Part shown: piece after piece, positions 42,910 to 53,570 of the stretch
Layout of the letters: each line of letters opens with the position of its first letter
Position numbering within the stretch: the stretch's first letter is position 1
DNA from: Sphingobacteriia bacterium
Lineage (GTDB): Bacteria; Bacteroidota; Bacteroidia; Chitinophagales; Chitinophagaceae
Assembly (NCBI GenBank): GCA_031429515.1
Contig: JANOZT010000013.1
Coordinates: forward strand, 121 to 64,120
DNA length: 64,000 nt
Reading direction: 5' to 3'
The notes under the pieces: model-generated
The model's input: the letters and a program-made list of their open reading frames with translations, nothing else
Databases searched by the model: none
What the model was told of the DNA's origin: nothing
Program-made: the position numbers and the translations under genes

Positions 42910-43500
42910 TTACAAATTAAAAATAGTTTTTAAGCTAACCCAAAGTTTGGTTTTAGCTAATTTGGCTTCAGTGGACTCTCCATCAAAAGAAGCTATTGAA
43001 GGTGCCATTAAGAATGTACAACCACCGTATTTCTGTATTTGATAATCGGGAATTGTAAATGGAAGTGCTATAGATTGAGCTTTCACATCAAATAAAATGC
43101 AGGTATTGGGCAATAAATTTTTTTTAATTAATTCAAAACTGGTGGGAAACTGTGCTATATTAACAACAGCAATATCTCCCATATTCAATTTGCAAGCCCC
43201 TAAAATTTTAGTGAGGAATTGTAAACTATTCTCTTGCAAAAAAACCACATCAGGTTCGCTAACAAGTATTGTAATATTTTTATTATTATTACCCAAAAAC
43301 CATTTCTCTGGACTTGCTTTTGGTAGTATTTTTTCTTGTTTCGTTTTTTTATTTTCTTTTTCAACTGGTAAACCAATAGGAGATTCCAAGGTTATTTTTT
43401 CGGCAATGAGCTCTTTTTGTAGGGATATTTCAGTCTCCACTAGCACCAAACTATTCGGAAATAGGTCTGTAAGTATGAAATCCGGTAATATTTTATCCAT
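42910..43500 (-). CDS. Conserved hypothetical protein
   Basis: 196-aa ORF co-oriented and 10 nt upstream of rdgB. Confidence 0.7.
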   Translation of the reverse strand: MDKILPDFILTDLFPNSLVLVETEISLQKELIAEKITLESPIGLPVEKENKKTKQEKILPKASPEKWFLGNNNKNITILVSEPDVVFLQENSLQFLTKILGACKLNMGDIAVVNIAQFPTSFELIKKNLLPNTCILFDVKAQSIALPFTIPDYQIQKYGGCTFLMAPSIASFDGESTEAKLAKTKLWVSLKTIFNL

Positions 43501-43573
43501 TTTAATGACCTTTTAAAATAATAACAAGCGTTAGTTTTTTATTTTTTTGTTTCTTTGCACCAAATATAAAACT

Positions 43574-44638
43574 ATGAGCGCAGTGATCGACATAAACATT
43601 ACCCCGATTAACAAAACGAGAGTGAATGACCAGTCTTTGGAAAATATTGCCTTTGGACAGATTTTTACTGATCATATGTTGGTGGCAAATTTTGCGAATG
43701 GAGAATGGCAGAATATTGAAATAAAACCATATCAACCCTTATCATTAGAGCCTTCTTTGGCTGCTTTGCATTATGGACAGTCTATTTTTGAAGGGGTTAA
43801 AGCCTATAAGCATCCTGATGGGGAAGTTTACATTTCCCGCCCTTATGATAATTTAGAGCGTTTCAATATTTCAGCCAAACGAATGAATATGCCTACTATT
43901 CCTGAAGGAATTTTTATCGACGGAATGAAAGTCTTGGTAGAATTAGATAAGAGCTGGGTTCCTGCTTTTAAGGATCATTCATTATACATTCGTCCCTTCA
44001 TGTTTGCTACTGATGCGGTTCTAGGAGTAAAACCTTCTGAAACCTATACCTTCATTATTATATTAAGTCCTACAGGGCCTTATTTTAGTGAACCAATGCG
44101 AATTTATGTGGAAGAAAAATATACTCGAGCCGTAACTGGAGGAGTTGGTTTTTCTAAGAATGCGGGAAATTATGGAGCAAGTATGTATCCTACCGCAAAA
44201 GCCAGAGAATTGGGTTATGACCAAGTTTTATGGACGGATGCATTTGAGCACAAATACTTACAAGAAGTAGGAATGATGAATGTGTTTTTCATCATCAACA
44301 ATATTGCTGTTACCCCATCGTTAGAAGAGGGGACTATTTTGGCTGGAATTACCCGTGACAGTGCTTTGCAGCTTTTACAAGACATGGGCTATGAAGTTGC
44401 TGAACGCAAAATCAGTGTTGACGAATTAATTGATGCGCACAAAGCTGGTTTGGTTTCAGAAGTTTTTGGATCAGGAACTGCTGCTACTATTTCTATGATC
44501 AAAGAATTAAGGTATAAAGATTATGTGATGCATTTTGATACCAATAGTTGGACAATTGCACCGGCTCTGAAAAAAAGTTTAGATGCCATTCGAACTGGCA
44601 ACTCAGCGGACTTGCACAATTGGATGGTTAAAATTTAG
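43574..44638 (+). CDS. ilvE: Branched-chain amino acid aminotransferase
   Basis: LHYGQSIFEGVKAY, YIRPFM, KNAGNY (PLP Lys), EVGMMNVF, ILAGITRDS, EVFGSGTAA; ATG 43574 preferred. Confidence 0.96.
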   Translation: MSAVIDINITPINKTRVNDQSLENIAFGQIFTDHMLVANFANGEWQNIEIKPYQPLSLEPSLAALHYGQSIFEGVKAYKHPDGEVYISRPYDNLERFNISAKRMNMPTIPEGIFIDGMKVLVELDKSWVPAFKDHSLYIRPFMFATDAVLGVKPSETYTFIIILSPTGPYFSEPMRIYVEEKYTRAVTGGVGFSKNAGNYGASMYPTAKARELGYDQVLWTDAFEHKYLQEVGMMNVFFIINNIAVTPSLEEGTILAGITRDSALQLLQDMGYEVAERKISVDELIDAHKAGLVSEVFGSGTAATISMIKELRYKDYVMHFDTNSWTIAPALKKSLDAIRTGNSADLHNWMVKI

Positions 44639-44662
44639 ATCGATTGCCTGCTTATAAACTGT

Positions 44663-44691
44663 AACGCCCCGATTTTTTCGGGGCGTTTTTT
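44663..44691. terminator. Terminator between convergent ilvE and T9SS cargo gene
   Basis: AACGCCCCGA-TTTTT-TCGGGGCGTT followed by T-tract. Confidence 0.8.
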
Positions 44692-47600
44692 ATTGTTTGA
44701 TAAAAGTTAGAGAACGTTGATGGTCTCCATTAATTACTTGCAGAATATAAGTTCCTGCATTTAGTTCTGATACTGGTATTTGGATGGTTCCAGATTGAAT
44801 AGCACCCACATTAATAGTTTTCAGCAAAACCCCAGCACTTGAATAAATCTGTATACTAGTATTGGCTGAAAGGGATGATTTTATTCCAACAGTAAGTTCA
44901 TTATTTACAGGATTAGGATATATTTTAACAGTTAAATAATGAAGTAACTGATTAATATTTCCTTTAGGTATAAATTGGCTTATTTCAAATCTGTCTTTAT
45001 TAATTGCAGAATCGGAACTAAGTGTAAAATAATAAATACTGTCTTTGACCAATGGTAAATACTGATTAGTAAATCGATCATGTAAAACCAATTTATTATC
45101 AGCAGGCAAGAATGCCTGATCTATTTTGAAATAAAAAGATTCATTAATAGTAGATTCCAAATGTAAAGGAACAATGGTACTATTGTTTATTCTTCTTGCA
45201 TCTACAGATAGTTTTTGCAGATCGGAACTTTGACTAAATAAATTCACATCAGGATTGGTTAATTTAATGGCATCAGTAGAGTCCAAACTATTTTTACTAG
45301 TTCCATGATCTATTAAAACGAATTGATCCCAGAATTGATTGGCAGAATACAATCCAATAATTGCATGGTATTTATTTTCTTCTACATAAGAAATGTTGTT
45401 ACTATTATTCCAATTATTTGTTTTGCTTTCTTCTGCGATCAACAATTGATTATCTGCATTAGAACGGGCTTCTGCAATAAATGTCTCAAAAGGATTGAGG
45501 GTATAATTTTGAGTGCTTGAAATAGCTGTGTATCCGCCATTCAAGCCCTGTTTAGGATTCCAAATCCAATAATGATTTCCTACCATTGATCCTTTAGAGA
45601 TAGTATTTAGTTTAATGGGACTTACAAATGGATTTGCAATAATATTCAAGCCATTGTTTCCCCATTTTGTTATTCTAATTTCTTGCGACCCATGATTCAA
45701 CGAACCTTTAAAATCGGTTTTTAAATCAGCAGCTGAATTAGTTGATTCAATTTGCAATTGAATTCCTTGATATTTTTTCCACTGATTATTTTCATTCAAT
45801 GTATTCATGTTGAAAGGTTGCCATATTTTCAGCAGATTGCTACTGTCTTGATTGTTTGTTTGAAGATGAAAATATTGATTGGGCAATTGGCTAATTTGAT
45901 TGATAGAAATCGATTGGTTAAATGGATGGCCAATTAAATATTTCCCTTTATTCAGAGTTGCAAAATTTTGTTCAACCGACACTATACCATTAATGGCAGT
46001 GCCATTTGCCGATGCGCCAACTTGAGCTTTGTAGCTAAGGGTTAACTGATTATTGGTGAAAAGCGTTCCTTTGGATAAGGTAAGCATTTTACCAATGATT
46101 ACTTTATTGTTAATACTTACACCTGATCCATTATTGATCTGCAATTCACTAATGCGGTTGTTTTCAAAAATATGTCCATTCAAATTTTGTGAAGTATTTC
46201 CCTTTAGAATAATTGTTCCATTCATCGAATTTACTGAAGCAGTGTCTGAAATTATTTGATCACTAATCGATAATACTCCAGTGATCAATAATCGAGCGCC
46301 CTTATTCATTTGTATACTTCTGACAGAAGCGGCAACAGAAATGGTTGGAGCAAAAGTAGTACCCAATGGAATACTAATATCTGCTGAGTCTGATGGTAGA
46401 GCATTTCCGCACCAATTTGCAGGGTTATTCCAATCAGCGCTCATTTTTCCTATCCACTGACTGCTTTTTGCCATTGAAATTTGTACAATATTAGAAATGG
46501 AAGTACAAGCGTTCAGTGTCAATTTTCTTCTCCACCAACTCGTTTTGGATAGCGCTGTTGGTTGATAATTGGTTTCGTTATTTTTTCCACTGGCTAGCGT
46601 AAACCCAGTACTATCATTAGTGGTACTTTGCTCCCATAAATAAATAGCAGCACTGTCTTTAATTGATTTCATTGTTCCTGATAATAATGCAGGTACTGTT
46701 CCGCTACAAATTTCCTGATTCGACTGAATGGAATTATTGGTTTCAATGGAAATTGAATTAAAAAAGATTTTCTTAATGACCACATTAATTCCATCAGATA
46801 AACTAAAGCTTGCTGAATCAATACCCTTGAAAGATTCCGGATTTTCAACAGTAAAATCTATCGGCAGCATGCTTGAAGCAGTGCTGCTTTGTTGATGAAT
46901 CGATTTGGCAATCAGTAAAGCTTTTGGTGGACTCAACAAACGCCAAGTTAATATTTCATCTGGTTCTTTATTATTCACTTTTAAATATTCGTTGATGCTC
47001 ATTTTTGAATTAGAAGCACAAAGTATAATACTGGTATCTTTTGGATTGGTAAATTCAGGAGCTATCGCATCTACTTTAATGTGTTGTATAGGCCCCGATT
47101 GAATCGATATAGTAGCAGCATTTCCTGCAAGATCTTTAATCAATAAATTTTTACTTGAAAATGCAGAAGCAATTCTAATTCCATCTTTATCTGTTTCTGC
47201 AGCTTGAATTATATAATGAAATTGTAAAGCTGCAGAATTATTGCCTGAAGCATATAGGATGTTTTTTACACGACTACCAATGGTTACAGGAATATAATTG
47301 GTTGGAGAGTTGGCATCCAAAATTACAGGCTCGTTAAATTGAATAACCAATTTCAAAGTATCGCCAGCTTTTAATAGAGAATCGGAAATACTATTGAATG
47401 AAACCTGAATAGGTTTATTAAAATCAATTGGGTCATTGTTTTGCTCAATAGGTAAATTGTACACATCACTTTTATTTCCCAAACTATCTTGTACAATAAT
47501 TGATAACGGAATGGGATCTTTTGCTAAAATATCTGTTCCGTTGGTTGGTAAAATAAAATAGCTACTATAAGTAGAATCAGTTTCTTTTTTTATGGGTTGA

Positions 47601-48799
47601 ATAACATAATTATTAATATTTCCTTGAAACAATTTGCAGGTTGTTTTTTCTGAATTGAGATAAATTATTAAAGGCACAGTATCACCGCCTTTCATCAACT
47701 GATTTGGGATAGAAACCTTTTTAATAATTGGCCCTACTTTATCGATCCATTGGGTATCAATATCAAAATTGGGGAGACCTTGTAATCCGGGAATAAGGTT
47801 ATTGTCATTCACAATTCCTAGTTGAATAAATCCCTCGCCTTTTCCTGTATAAATAGCAGCGGTATAATCATTTCCCGTTCCCGATATCGACACTAATTTT
47901 GCATCGGAAATTCCAGTTGATCTTATTTGAAAATTGGTAGTATTTAAACCAGTTGTATTTCCACCTAATTTTACCGCATATTGAATGGTGTCGGCATTCG
48001 TGGGGTTACTCGCTAAACTTTGAATATCGTTTATGGCAACCGGATTAGGTGCATTGTATTTGGCAGAGAAACTAAATTGATCAATGCCCATTGCGTCATC
48101 ACTTCCCACTTCATCGGCATCATCCCACCTGATCAATAATTGCTCTCCATTTTTCCATTGAATATTTTGTATTGTGTAATTAATTGTTGTTTGATTTTCT
48201 GGTAGATTTCCATTCAATGTGGCAGTTCCAGAACTCGTTTGTAATGAAGCAAAATTGAGCATAGGTTCATCTACTAAATTGGATTGATCAATTGAATTAA
48301 AAACACCTGTTTTATACTTGCACTTCCAGGTATTTTTATTTCCTGATCCACCCTTTCTCCATTGCTTTGCTATAAATGAAATGGTTGCTGTATTTAAAGT
48401 GATTCCAGTGTTATTAGTGAATACTATACCAACAGAATAAATTCCTGTACTTGACGCCAAAGTTCCTAAAGATCTATCTGTTGCATTCGATAATCCAAAA
48501 CTGTAGACACTGCTTCCTGTACCAGATCCTGTACCGACTAAAAAACCAATATTGGTTCCGCTACCACTAACCATCATCATCTGCCAACCAGGTAAATTCA
48601 CCCCGTTGATGGGAGCGGTGCTCAAAGCAATTGGCCCCTTTCCAACTAAAGAAAAACTTCCTGTTGCAGGCAATCCATCAAAATTTTGAGAATAGACACT
48701 GTTTTGGGTGCTATAATTTATTCCGGCCAAAGATTGGCTGGTTGCCATTGGAGCATAGGCAAGAAGGCCCATCAAAAGGGCATAAAAAGGCAGTTTCAT
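44690..48799 (-). CDS. Large T9SS cargo with Ig-like repeats (adhesin-like)
   Basis: Signal peptide ending SQ; Ig-like blocks (LKAGDTLKLVIQFNEPV...LQFHYII, QEICSG...YLWEQST), WIG..SADWNNPANW; CTD KIYPNPVNN...LNAGTYIL...FIKQ. Confidence 0.85.
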   Translation of the reverse strand: MKLPFYALLMGLLAYAPMATSQSLAGINYSTQNSVYSQNFDGLPATGSFSLVGKGPIALSTAPINGVNLPGWQMMMVSGSGTNIGFLVGTGSGTGSSVYSFGLSNATDRSLGTLASSTGIYSVGIVFTNNTGITLNTATISFIAKQWRKGGSGNKNTWKCKYKTGVFNSIDQSNLVDEPMLNFASLQTSSGTATLNGNLPENQTTINYTIQNIQWKNGEQLLIRWDDADEVGSDDAMGIDQFSFSAKYNAPNPVAINDIQSLASNPTNADTIQYAVKLGGNTTGLNTTNFQIRSTGISDAKLVSISGTGNDYTAAIYTGKGEGFIQLGIVNDNNLIPGLQGLPNFDIDTQWIDKVGPIIKKVSIPNQLMKGGDTVPLIIYLNSEKTTCKLFQGNINNYVIQPIKKETDSTYSSYFILPTNGTDILAKDPIPLSIIVQDSLGNKSDVYNLPIEQNNDPIDFNKPIQVSFNSISDSLLKAGDTLKLVIQFNEPVILDANSPTNYIPVTIGSRVKNILYASGNNSAALQFHYIIQAAETDKDGIRIASAFSSKNLLIKDLAGNAATISIQSGPIQHIKVDAIAPEFTNPKDTSIILCASNSKMSINEYLKVNNKEPDEILTWRLLSPPKALLIAKSIHQQSSTASSMLPIDFTVENPESFKGIDSASFSLSDGINVVIKKIFFNSISIETNNSIQSNQEICSGTVPALLSGTMKSIKDSAAIYLWEQSTTNDSTGFTLASGKNNETNYQPTALSKTSWWRRKLTLNACTSISNIVQISMAKSSQWIGKMSADWNNPANWCGNALPSDSADISIPLGTTFAPTISVAASVRSIQMNKGARLLITGVLSISDQIISDTASVNSMNGTIILKGNTSQNLNGHIFENNRISELQINNGSGVSINNKVIIGKMLTLSKGTLFTNNQLTLSYKAQVGASANGTAINGIVSVEQNFATLNKGKYLIGHPFNQSISINQISQLPNQYFHLQTNNQDSSNLLKIWQPFNMNTLNENNQWKKYQGIQLQIESTNSAADLKTDFKGSLNHGSQEIRITKWGNNGLNIIANPFVSPIKLNTISKGSMVGNHYWIWNPKQGLNGGYTAISSTQNYTLNPFETFIAEARSNADNQLLIAEESKTNNWNNSNNISYVEENKYHAIIGLYSANQFWDQFVLIDHGTSKNSLDSTDAIKLTNPDVNLFSQSSDLQKLSVDARRINNSTIVPLHLESTINESFYFKIDQAFLPADNKLVLHDRFTNQYLPLVKDSIYYFTLSSDSAINKDRFEISQFIPKGNINQLLHYLTVKIYPNPVNNELTVGIKSSLSANTSIQIYSSAGVLLKTINVGAIQSGTIQIPVSELNAGTYILQVINGDHQRSLTFIKQ

Positions 48800-48951
48800 A
48801 GGGTATTGGTCTACTGCGGGGTTACAAAATCAAAATAAATAGAGATTTTTGATTCTGCCAAGAGAGTGGATTAAATTGGGTTATAAAACGGGCTGATCAA
48901 AGGAATTTCTACTTTTTTGGTAAAACATTTTGGATTGTCGTTTTTGGCCAT

Positions 48952-48959
48952 TACCTTTG
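48952..48959 (+). promoter_or_regulatory. -7 element (TACCTTTG) for rpsL-rpsG
   Basis: TAnnTTTG match 26 nt upstream of rpsL ATG. Confidence 0.75.
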
Positions 48960-48985
48960 CCGTCCGAAATTTTAAATGGTTTATA

Positions 48986-49366
48986 ATGCCTACAATACAG
49001 CAATTAGTTAGAAAAGGCCGCGAAATAATCAGGGCTAAGAGTAAGTCAAGAGCTTTGGATGCATGTCCTCAGCGTCGTGGTGTTTGTACACGTGTGTACA
49101 CTACCACTCCTAAAAAACCAAACTCAGCCTTACGTAAAGTGGCTAAAGTGCGTTTAACAAACAAAATCGAAGTGATTGCTTATATCCCTGGAGAGGGGCA
49201 TAATTTACAAGAGCACTCTATCGTGTTAATCCGCGGAGGTCGTGTAAAGGATTTGCCAGGAGTACGTTACCATATTGTTCGTGGAAGTCTGGATACTGCA
49301 GGTGTTAAAGACCGTAAGCAGAGCCGTTCTAAATATGGTACCAAGAAAGTAAAAGCAAAAAAATAG
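48986..49366 (+). CDS. rpsL: 30S ribosomal protein S12
   Basis: [33 protein letters not shown]; true start ATG 48986. Confidence 0.99.
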   Translation: MPTIQQLVRKGREIIRAKSKSRALDACPQRRGVCTRVYTTTPKKPNSALRKVAKVRLTNKIEVIAYIPGEGHNLQEHSIVLIRGGRVKDLPGVRYHIVRGSLDTAGVKDRKQSRSKYGTKKVKAKK

Positions 49367-49435
49367 TATCTCATCATTTAAGCTGAGTAAAGTTTTAATA
49401 CTTGAAGAATTTCAGCTTATTTTAAAAATTAAACA

Positions 49436-49903
49436 ATGCGTAAAGCACAAGCAAAAAAATTACCCTTAGCACCCGATGGTCGTTTTAACGACAAATTAGT
49501 TACCAGATTCATCAATAATTTGATGTGGGATGGTAAAAAAAGTACAGCGATCAACATTTTCTACGATGCAGTTGACAAGGTTTCTAAAACAACTGGAGAA
49601 GATGGTTATGAGATCTGGAAGAAGGCAATTGCCAATGTTACACCTGCTGTTGAAGTAAGAAGCCGTAGAATTGGTGGTGCTACATTCCAAATTCCTGCTG
49701 AAGTTAGAGCTGATCGTAAAATTTCTTTGAGTATGAAGTGGTTGATCCGCTACAGCCGCGAAAGAAATGGTAGAACAATGGCCGATAAATTATCTAGTGA
49801 GATCATGTCAGCTGCTAAAGGTGAAGGTGCTGCTTTCAAAAAGAAAGAAGATACACACCGTATGGCAGAAGCTAACAAAGCTTTCTCTCACTTTAAGGTT
49901 TAA
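49436..49903 (+). CDS. rpsG: 30S ribosomal protein S7
   Basis: RRIGGATFQIP, HRMAEANKAFSHF. Confidence 0.99.
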   Translation: MRKAQAKKLPLAPDGRFNDKLVTRFINNLMWDGKKSTAINIFYDAVDKVSKTTGEDGYEIWKKAIANVTPAVEVRSRRIGGATFQIPAEVRADRKISLSMKWLIRYSRERNGRTMADKLSSEIMSAAKGEGAAFKKKEDTHRMAEANKAFSHFKV

Positions 49904-49934
49904 AAAACATACAAAAACTAACAGTTTATATAGG

Positions 49935-49960
49935 GTCCCGAGCAATCGGGACTTTTTTTT
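49935..49960 (+). terminator. Intrinsic terminator after rpsG
   Basis: GTCCCGA-GCAA-TCGGGAC + T8. Confidence 0.88.
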
Positions 49961-50003
49961 GCCTTAAATTGAATAGATTTGAGAAAATAATTAATAAATA
50001 ATT

Positions 50004-50025
50004 ATACTTATTAGTAAGTAAGTAT
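50004..50025. promoter_or_regulatory. Candidate TetR operator 1
   Basis: TACTTA-TTAG-TAAGTA palindrome (50005-50020) just upstream of TetR gene. Confidence 0.75.
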
Positions 50026-50032
50026 TACTTTT

Positions 50033-50605
50033 ATGTCAGAAAAATCAATTGATACGAAAACAGCTATTCTCACCATCGCTAAAGATTTGATGAAGCAATT
50101 GGGATATAATGCATTCAGTTATGCAGATATAGCCCAGCAATTGAACATTAAGAATGCTGCGATTCATTATCATTATCCTGCAAAAGAAGATCTGTTATTG
50201 GGCGTAATTGATACTTATATAGAAGAATACCAGCACTTGGGAAAGCAATTGGTTGCAGCCCCAATTAGTTCTTTGCAAAAGCTTTCATTATTTATTGATA
50301 AGTATGCCGTTCTAATAGACCAGAAAAGCATTTGTATCATTGGCTCTGTTGCTTCCGATTACAATACTTTACCCAAATCAGTACGAGAAAAAGTGTTGAA
50401 ATTAATTGATTTGGTTATTCTGATGGTTGCTCAAACTTTAGCCGATGGACGAGCCAAAGGGGAGTTGGATTTTAAAGAAGAACCTAAAGTAAAATCGTTA
50501 TTGATAATGACCAATTTGGCAGCAGGTGTACAATTGGCCAGGATCACTGGTAAGAATGATTTTAATGAAATTGTAAAAGCTTTATTAGATCAAATAAAAA
50601 AGTAA
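50033..50605 (+). CDS. TetR/AcrR family transcriptional regulator
   Basis: ILTIAKDLMKQLGYNAFSYADIAQQLNIKNAAIHYHYPAKEDL HTH. Confidence 0.95.
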   Translation: MSEKSIDTKTAILTIAKDLMKQLGYNAFSYADIAQQLNIKNAAIHYHYPAKEDLLLGVIDTYIEEYQHLGKQLVAAPISSLQKLSLFIDKYAVLIDQKSICIIGSVASDYNTLPKSVREKVLKLIDLVILMVAQTLADGRAKGELDFKEEPKVKSLLIMTNLAAGVQLARITGKNDFNEIVKALLDQIKK

Positions 50606-50620
50606 ATTTTTTTAACTACA

Positions 50621-50642
50621 ATACTTACTTATTAGTAAGTAT
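50621..50642. promoter_or_regulatory. Candidate TetR operator 2
   Basis: Identical 16-mer TACTTATTAGTAAGTA at 50626-50641 upstream of the 188-aa gene. Confidence 0.75.
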
Positions 50643-50667
50643 AATTTAAACCAAAAAAACAAGTATC

Positions 50668-51234
50668 ATGAAAAAGACAGCATTTTCTTTCGTTATTGCT
50701 TTATTTTTTGCAATAACTGTATTTGCACAATCAAATACAACCGATTTTTTACCAGGTTCATTTACCAGTTTTTCCAATGAAAAAACAATTGGAACAGTAA
50801 AACAACAGTTTAAGCAGCGAGGTGCAATTATTTTCACCGCTTCAAATGGCAAAAAAACAGCATACACGCCCAATGAAATTCAAGGTTTTGAAATGAATGG
50901 GGAGCAATACATTAGCTATTCTGGAGATTTTTACAAAGTAATGGTTACTGGTGCAAAATTGAATCTTTTGCAAAAAGTGACTGACAACGCTGGTAAAATT
51001 TATTACAACGGAAGTCAGGCAATTGCCACTATTGGAGTAGAAGGAAAACTCAATGATTACTATTTACAACAAACTTCAACAGATGGTTTTTACCGTATTA
51101 CCGCTGAAAATTATAAAGCAGTTGCAGAAACTGTATTTGCAGGTAATCCAACTATATTGGCTGCTATAAAAAGCAATCAAACAGATTATAGCAAATTGGC
51201 GGAATCTGTAACAAAAGTAAATGCAATGAAATAA
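50668..51234 (+). CDS. Secreted hypothetical protein
   Basis: MKKTAF...VFAQ signal peptide; no recognisable catalytic motif. Confidence 0.8.
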   Translation: MKKTAFSFVIALFFAITVFAQSNTTDFLPGSFTSFSNEKTIGTVKQQFKQRGAIIFTASNGKKTAYTPNEIQGFEMNGEQYISYSGDFYKVMVTGAKLNLLQKVTDNAGKIYYNGSQAIATIGVEGKLNDYYLQQTSTDGFYRITAENYKAVAETVFAGNPTILAAIKSNQTDYSKLAESVTKVNAMK

Positions 51235-51253
51235 TTCAGTTTTCAACTTTCAG

Positions 51254-51289
51254 ATGGTCCTATACTTTTAAGCCTAGGACCATTTTTTT
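51254..51289 (+). terminator. Intrinsic terminator after TetR cassette
   Basis: ATGGTCCTA-N12-TAGGACCAT + T-tract. Confidence 0.75.
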
Positions 51290-51360
51290 GTTATTTTGAC
51301 TAGAGTTTTCCCCATCCAAATTAAATCTTCAACAACCCTTTGTAGAAAGTAGAGAATGTG

Positions 51361-51368
51361 TACCTTTG
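51361..51368 (+). promoter_or_regulatory. -7 element (TACCTTTG) for fusA
   Basis: TAnnTTTG match 26 nt upstream of fusA. Confidence 0.75.
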
Positions 51369-51394
51369 CCGCCTCTAAAAAATAAGAACTCTTT

Positions 51395-53545
51395 ATGGCT
51401 GACTTGAAATTTCAAAGAAACTTTGGTATTGCCGCCCACATTGATGCCGGTAAAACCACCACCACAGAGCGTATCCTGCGTTATACAGGTATGATTCATA
51501 AGATTGGTGAAGTACATGATGGTGCTGCTACAACCGACTGGATGGAGCAAGAAAAAGAAAGAGGTATTACCATTACTTCAGCAGCTGTAAGCTGTGCATG
51601 GAAATTTCCTACTAATAAGGGAAAGGACGATGCAAATACAAAGTCTTACTATTTCAATATTATTGATACTCCAGGTCACGTGGATTTTACTGTAGAAGTA
51701 GAACGTTCTATGCGTGTTTTGGATGGTTTGATCGCTTTATTTTCTGCAGTAGATGGAGTTGAACCTCAGTCTGAAACTGTTTGGCGTCAAGCAAATCGTT
51801 ATAAAGTTCCACGTATCGGATTCGTAAATAAAATGGACCGTGCAGGTGCAGACTTTTTAATGGTTGTTACGCAGGTAAAAGAAATGCTCGGTGCTAAAGC
51901 CGTGCCTTTGCAGTTACCAATTGGTGCTGAAGAGAATTTTACTGGTGTGGTAGATTTGATTAAAATGAAAGGTATTATTTGGCATATGGAAACCGAAGGA
52001 ATGACTTTCGATGAAATTCCTGTTCCAGCTGATATGATGGAAGATGTTAATTTCTGGAGACAGAATTTGATTGAAGCTGTTGCTGAATACGACGATAAAT
52101 TAATGGAGAAATTCTTCGATAATCCGGATACAATTTCTGAAGAAGAAGTACACGAAGCAATTCGTAAAGCTTGTATCGATTTGAGCATTGTTCCGATGAT
52201 GTGTGGTTCTTCTTTCAAAAACAAAGGAGTACAAACTGCATTAGATGCGGTATGTCGTTACCTACCTTCTCCAATTGATTTGGAAGATACAGTAGGTACA
52301 GATCCTGAAACAGGAGAAACTATTACTCGTAAGCCAGATCCAAAAGCACCATTTGCTGCATTGGCTTTCAAAATCATGACCGATCCTTTTGTTGGTCGTT
52401 TGGCATTCTTCCGTTGCTACTCTGGTCGTTTAGATGCTGGTTCTTATGTATTGAATGTAAGAAGTGGAAAGAAAGAACGTATCAGCCGTATCATGAAGAT
52501 GTTTGCGAATAAACAAAATCCAATTGATTTCATTGAAGCAGGAGATATTGCAGCAGCAGTAGGTTTCAAGGAAATTAAAACTGGAGATACTTTATGCGAT
52601 GAAAAACATCCAATTACATTGGAGAATATGTTCATCCCTGAACCTGTAATTGCCATTGCAGTTGAGCCTAAAACCCAAGTGGACGTTGATAAAATGGGTA
52701 TGGCCATTGCCAAATTAGTTGAAGAAGATCCAACATTGCGTGTTAATACCGATGAAGATACTGGTCAGACCATTCTTCGTGGAATGGGTGAATTGCACTT
52801 AGAGATCATCATCGATCGTATGCGCAGAGAATTTAAAGTAGAAGTTAACCAAGGAGCTCCTCAGGTTGCATATAAAGAATCATTTGCTAAAACAATTGAC
52901 CATAGAGAAGTATTGAAGAAACAATCTGGTGGTCGTGGAAAGTTTGCCGATATTCAATTTGAATTTGGGCCAGCTGATGAAGAGTGGATGAAAACAAATG
53001 AAGGAAAGCATTTCCAATTTGTGAATGATTTATTTGGAGGATCGATCCCTAAAGAATTTGTTCCTGCCATTCAGAAAGGTTTTGAAACTTCAATGACAAC
53101 AGGCGTATTGGCTGGTTATCCAGTGAATAACATGAAAGTACGTGTGTATGACGGAAGCTACCATGATGTGGATTCTGATGCAATGAGTTTTGAATTATGT
53201 GCCAAAGGCGGTTTCCGCGAAGCTGGTCGTAAAGCAAAACCAACATTGTTAGAGCCAATCATGAAAGTGGAAGTGTTAACTCCAGACCAATACATGGGAG
53301 ATGTTACTGGTGACTTGAACCGTCGTCGTGGAATGTTAGAAGGAATGGACACACGAGCTAATCTTCAAGTAATCAAAGCAAAAGTTCCATTGAGCGAAAT
53401 GTTTGGTTATGTAACCCAATTACGTTCATTGAGTTCTGGTCGTGCAACTTCTACCATGGAATTCTCGCATTATTCTCCTGCACCAAATAACGTAGCAGAA
53501 GAGATAATTGCTAAGAGCAAGGGTAAGGTGAAAATTGAGGACTGA
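51395..53545 (+). CDS. fusA: Elongation factor G
   Basis: [44 protein letters not shown]. Confidence 0.99.
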   Translation: MADLKFQRNFGIAAHIDAGKTTTTERILRYTGMIHKIGEVHDGAATTDWMEQEKERGITITSAAVSCAWKFPTNKGKDDANTKSYYFNIIDTPGHVDFTVEVERSMRVLDGLIALFSAVDGVEPQSETVWRQANRYKVPRIGFVNKMDRAGADFLMVVTQVKEMLGAKAVPLQLPIGAEENFTGVVDLIKMKGIIWHMETEGMTFDEIPVPADMMEDVNFWRQNLIEAVAEYDDKLMEKFFDNPDTISEEEVHEAIRKACIDLSIVPMMCGSSFKNKGVQTALDAVCRYLPSPIDLEDTVGTDPETGETITRKPDPKAPFAALAFKIMTDPFVGRLAFFRCYSGRLDAGSYVLNVRSGKKERISRIMKMFANKQNPIDFIEAGDIAAAVGFKEIKTGDTLCDEKHPITLENMFIPEPVIAIAVEPKTQVDVDKMGMAIAKLVEEDPTLRVNTDEDTGQTILRGMGELHLEIIIDRMRREFKVEVNQGAPQVAYKESFAKTIDHREVLKKQSGGRGKFADIQFEFGPADEEWMKTNEGKHFQFVNDLFGGSIPKEFVPAIQKGFETSMTTGVLAGYPVNNMKVRVYDGSYHDVDSDAMSFELCAKGGFREAGRKAKPTLLEPIMKVEVLTPDQYMGDVTGDLNRRRGMLEGMDTRANLQVIKAKVPLSEMFGYVTQLRSLSSGRATSTMEFSHYSPAPNNVAEEIIAKSKGKVKIED

Positions 53546-53570
53546 TCATAAGTATCAATAAATTAAGTTA

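Noticed and set aside
48917-48985. N-terminal extension of S12 in the ORF track
   Set aside because: Spans the promoter element; canonical MPTIQQL starts at 48986
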